Part shown: piece after piece, positions 59,671-64,000 of the stretch
Position numbering within the stretch: position 1 is the first letter of the stretch
How the letters are laid out: the number at the start of each line of letters is the position of its first letter
DNA from: Macrostomum hystrix
Lineage: Eukaryota > Animalia > Platyhelminthes
Length of the DNA: 64,000 bases
NCBI GenBank assembly: GCA_950097015.1
Contig: CATNEN010000008.1
Span: 4,092,001-4,156,000 of the forward strand
Direction of reading: 5' to 3'
Made by a program: the position numbers and the translations under genes
Notes under the pieces: model-generated
What the model saw: the letters and a program-made list of their open reading frames with translations, nothing else
Database searches by the model: none
What the model was told of the DNA's origin: nothing

Positions 59671-62601
59671 CAGTAGTCCATCGAAGCGTCCAGCCAGACC
59701 GTCAACCCGATCCCAGTGCCCGGACAGTCGCTCGCCGCTGAGCCGCCGGCCAGCCAGCACCACAGGCGCCGGGCCCGAATAGAACAGCGCCAGATCTCGC
59801 AGCCCCCTGGCGTCTCTATCGAACGCGAACACCGCCGGCAGGCTGACATTCGGGCCGCCGTCTGAAGACATGGCGAACAGAATCTGCTCCCCGCCCCCGT
59901 TAGTGACTCCGCCGGCGACAGAGTCGGCCTGATTGTCGACGATGATGACACCGGCGGCGCCGAGAGCTTCGGCATTCCTAGCCTTCTGAACGAACAGGCA
60001 GCCGCCTCTACGCAGCACTAGTAACCATGGCAACGGCCTGCTAGGCAACAGGCGCGGTAGCGGGCCGCCTAAGGAATTTAGCGAGCAACCGTCGATGCCG
60101 CCAAGGTGGAATGGCCAAAGCAGGTAGCCCAGGTGCGACTCGCCAGTTACCGACATGGGCCGCCCGAACTGGGAGGGCCCGACCGGCATCTCAGTGGAGC
60201 CTGCAATTATCAACAATGACCAGCCTGACTTACCCACAATGACCAGCCTGACTTACCCACAATGACCAGCCTGACTTACCCACAATGACCAGCCTGACAC
60301 ACCCACAATGACCAGCCTGACACACCCACAATGACCAGCCTCACTCACCCACAATGACCAGCCTGACACACCCATAATGACCAGTCTGACACACCCACAA
60401 TGACCAGCCTCACTCACCCACGATCACAAAACCTGACTCACTCACAATGACCAGCCTGACTCGCCCACAATGACCAGCCTAAACCACTCACATTGACCAG
60501 CCTCACTCACTCACGATCATCAAACCTGACTCACTCACAATGACCAGCCTGACTCACCCACAATGACCAGCCTGACTCACCCACAATGACCAGCCTGACA
60601 CACCCACAATGACCAGCCTGACTCACCCACAATGACCAGCCTGACTCACCCACAATGACCAGCCTGACTCACCCACAATGACCAGCCTGACACACCCACA
60701 ATGACCAGCCTGACTCACCAACAATGACCAGCCTGACTCACCCACAATGACCAGCCTGACTCACCAACAATGACCAGCCTGACTGACCAACAATGACCAG
60801 CCTGACTGACCCACAATGACCAGCCTGACTCATCCAGTATGACCAGCCTGACTCACCCACAATGACCAGCCTGACTCACCCAGAATGGTACTGTTGAAGG
60901 TCTCCTTGGAGCTAGCCGGTATGGGAGTGTAGAGGAAATTAGGCGGATGCTGCTGGTCCTGCTTGTTGGCGGCCATAGCGGCCAGATTAATCATGGCCTG
61001 CATGAATTCCAGACCCTTGCGGCCCAGTTCGGGTGATTCGGCATTGTCAGCATTGTGGAATAGCTGCAGCTGGCCAGTCCCAGTGCGCACAGTGGCGATG
61101 CCCATTCTGACTAGCGCAGCCTGCTGCTCCGGGTTGTTGGCGTCCAGATCTCTGGGATCGAATGGCAGAGCCGAATGTCCGGTCCGATCGGCGAGTCGGC
61201 CAGCCGCCGGCGACGTGGCAGTCGCTGATGCCGCGGACGGTTTGACTCGCAGCCGGCGACGCCAGTGAAAGGCGGTGTCATCAGCCCCGAACAGCCTCCG
61301 GCGCAGATTGTAATTCGGGCAGCTGTCGTTTGAGGTTGCGGTTGTTGACGCTGACGACGACGACGAGGACGACGATGTTGATGAGTTGGCTGAAGTTTAT
61401 ATTTGTCGGTAACAGAGTTAAATAATCAAAACGATACCCCAGATACCGAAAGAACACCCCAGATACCAAAAGACAGCCCAGATACCAAAAGACGCCCCAG
61501 ATACCAAAAGACACCCCAGATACCAAAAGACACCCCATATACTAAAAGACACCCCTAAACCAAAAGACACCCAGATACCAAAGACACCCCAGATACCAAA
61601 AGACACCCCAGATACCAAAAGACACACCAGATACCAAAATACACCCCAGATATCAAAAAACAACCCCAGATACCAAAAGACACCCCAGATAACAAAGACA
61701 CCCCAGATATCAAAAGACACCCCAGATACCAAAAGACACACCAGATACCAAAAGACACACCAGATACCAAAAGACACCACAGATACCAAATGACACCACA
61801 GATACTAGAAGACAACCCAGATATCAAAAGACACCCCAGATACTAAAAGACACCCCTGATACCAAAGACACCCCATATACTAAAAGACATCCCTTGATTC
61901 CAAAGACACCCCAGATACCAAAAACACAGCAGATACCAAAGAAACACCAGATACCAAAAGACACCCAAGATACAAAAGACACCCTAGATACCGAAAGACA
62001 CCCCAGATTACAAAGACACCCCAGATTACAAAGACACCCCAGATACCAAAAGACATCCAAGATACAAAAGACACCCTAGATACCGAAAGACACCCCAGAT
62101 ACCAAAGACACCCCAGATATCAAAAGACACCCCATATACTAAAAGACACACCAGATACCAAAAGACACCCCAGATAACAAAGACACCCCAGATATCAAAA
62201 GACACCCCATATACTAAAAGACACACCAGATACCAAAAGACACACCAGATACCAAAAGACACCACAGATACCAAATGATACCACAGATACTAGAAGACAA
62301 CCCAGATATCAAAAGACACCCCAGATACTAAAAGACACCCCAGATAACAAAGACACCCCAGATACCAAAGACAACAGACACCTCAGAAAGACACGAGAAA
62401 TGACAGGCAAGTCAGACAGTGACAAAAACCGAGACACCTCCCAGTCCCAGAGCCAGTCACCTGCAGCATCTAGGTTTACCTGCAGGTTTGATGGCCAGGT
62501 TCGCCAGTTCCAGTGGCAGCAGATGGGCTTCAGTTGTGAACACGTACGCGTCCAAATCAACCGGGATGTCTGCCTCGTTGGCAAACAGCAGGTAGAGGTA
62601 T
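59671..62601 (-). CDS. EDEM3: EDEM3-like ER alpha-mannosidase, 3' part; exons 62461-62601, 60880-61322, 59671-60200; 5' exons beyond the window end
   Basis: GH47 C-terminal YLYLLF...[12 protein letters not shown]; EDEM3 intermediate domain ([12 protein letters not shown]...[11 protein letters not shown], cf. human NPEHLEILKKMG...GLRFMQEMIEL); PA domain ([26 protein letters not shown]). Phases are consistent. The donor at 62461 is tentative. Confidence 0.9.
60225..60879. repeat. 23-bp repeat (CAATGACCAGCCTGACTCACCCA) filling an EDEM3 intron
   Basis: About 28 units. Confidence 0.97.
61430..62372. repeat. 18-19-bp repeat (GACACCCCAGATACCAAAA) in an EDEM3 intron
   Basis: About 50 degenerate units with block duplications. 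Confidence 0.95.
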
Positions 62602-62649
62602 CTGTAAGAAAGAATAGTGAGTTTCAGCTTTGAGCAATATTCAAGATGA

Positions 62650-63966
62650 GAATCTACCTGAGGACCTAGGAGCTTTGGGATGAATCTACCTGAGAATCTA
62701 GGAGCTTTGGGAAGAATCTACCTGAGGACCTAGGATCTTTGGGAAGAATCTACCTGAGGACCTAGAAGCTTTGGGAAGAATCTACCTGAGGACCTAGGAG
62801 CTTTGGGAAGAATCTACCTGAGGACCTAGAAGCTTTGGGAAGAATCTACCTGAGGACCTAGGAGCTTTGGGAAGAATCTACCTGAGGATCTAGGAGCTTT
62901 GGGAAGAATCTACCTGAGGACCTAGGATCTTTGGGATGAATCTACCTGAGAATCTAGGAGCTTTGGGAAGAATCTACCTGAGGACCTAGGATCTTTGGGA
63001 AGAATCTACCTGAGGATCTAGGAGCTTTGGGAAGAATCTACCTGAGGACCTAGGATCTTTGGGATGAATCTACCTGAGAATCTAGGAGCTTTGGGAAGAA
63101 TCTACCTGAGGACCTAGGATCTTTGGGAAGAATCTACCTGAGGACCTAGGATCTTTGGGAAGAATCTACCTGAGGACCTAGGATCTTTGGGAAGAATCTA
63201 CCTGAGGACCTAGGAGCTTTGGGAAGAATCTACCTGAGGACCTAGGATCTTTGGGAAGAATCTACCTGAGGACCTAGGATCTTTGGGAAGAATCTACCTG
63301 AGGATCTAGGAGCTTTGGGATGAATCTACCGGAGGATCTAGGAGCTTTGGGAAGAATCTACCTGAGGATCTAGGAGCTTTGGGAAGAATCTACCTGAGGA
63401 TCTAGGAGCTTTGGGAAGAATCTACCTGAGGACCTAGGAGCTTTGGGAAGAATCTACCTGAGGATCTAGGAGCTTTGGGAAGAATCTACCTGAGGATCTA
63501 GGAGCTTTGGGAAGAATCTACTTGAGGACCTAGGATCTTTGGGATGAATCTACCTGAGGACCTAGGATCTTTGGGAAGAATCTACCTGAGGATCTAGGAT
63601 CTTTGGAAAGAATCTACCTGAGGACCTAGGATCTTTGGGAAGAATCTACCTGAGGATCTAGGAGCTTTGGGAAGAATCTACCTGAGGACCTAGGAGCTTT
63701 GGGAAGAATCTACCTGAGGACCTAGGAGCTTTGGGAAGAATCTACCTGAGGATCTAGGAGCTTTGGGAAGAATCTACCTGAGGATCTAGGAGCTTTGGGA
63801 AGAATCTACTTGAGGACCTAGGATCTTTGGGATGAATCTACCTGAGGACCTAGGATCTTTGGGATGAATCTACCTGAGGACCTAGGATCTTTGGGAAGAA
63901 TCTACCTGAGGACCTAGGATCTTTGGGAAGAATCTACCTGAGGATCTAGGAGCTTTTGGATGAATC
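62650..63966. repeat. 32-bp satellite (GAATCTACCTGAGGACCTAGGAGCTTTGGGAA) in an EDEM3 intron
   Basis: About 41 units. Confidence 0.97.
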
Positions 63967-64000
63967 TAATGTAGCACGTATAGAAGCTAGAAATTTGTGA

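Noticed and set aside
826-63966. CRISPR-like appearance of the 22-48-bp arrays
   Set aside because: Units are contiguous without unique spacers; the context is eukaryotic and there are no cas genes.

Overview
Eukaryotic, intron-rich animal genomic DNA with GC-rich exons in AT-rich, satellite-packed introns. The style suggests a free-living flatworm such as Macrostomum, but this is inference only. Manual splicing gives four complete gene models: DCTN3 (minus, 3 exons, 177 aa), WDR19/IFT144 (plus, 20 exons, ~1351 aa), PHLPP (plus, 10 exons, ~1617 aa) and DOLK (minus, 3 exons, ~468 aa). It also gives the 3' part of an EDEM3-like mannosidase (minus) and two putative exons of an unidentified gene (minus, 8.4-11.1 kb). 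About 27 kb (~40%) is tandem repeat, about 30 arrays, most with their own unit; the long ORFs in these arrays are artefacts. Interspersed elements: six copies of a tRNA-derived SINE (one pair forms a SINE-VNTR-SINE composite inside a 14-bp target-site duplication), a hAT-type non-autonomous element carrying a 2.7-kb satellite, a Penelope-like fragment with a minimal hammerhead ribozyme just upstream of DCTN3, and a MITE-like family. Best leads: candidate mutually exclusive exons in WDR19 with an intervening RNA stem, the SVA-like composite, intronic satellites whose units contain splice-site motifs, and a possible novel C-terminal domain on EDEM3. No prokaryotic features or CRISPR arrays.
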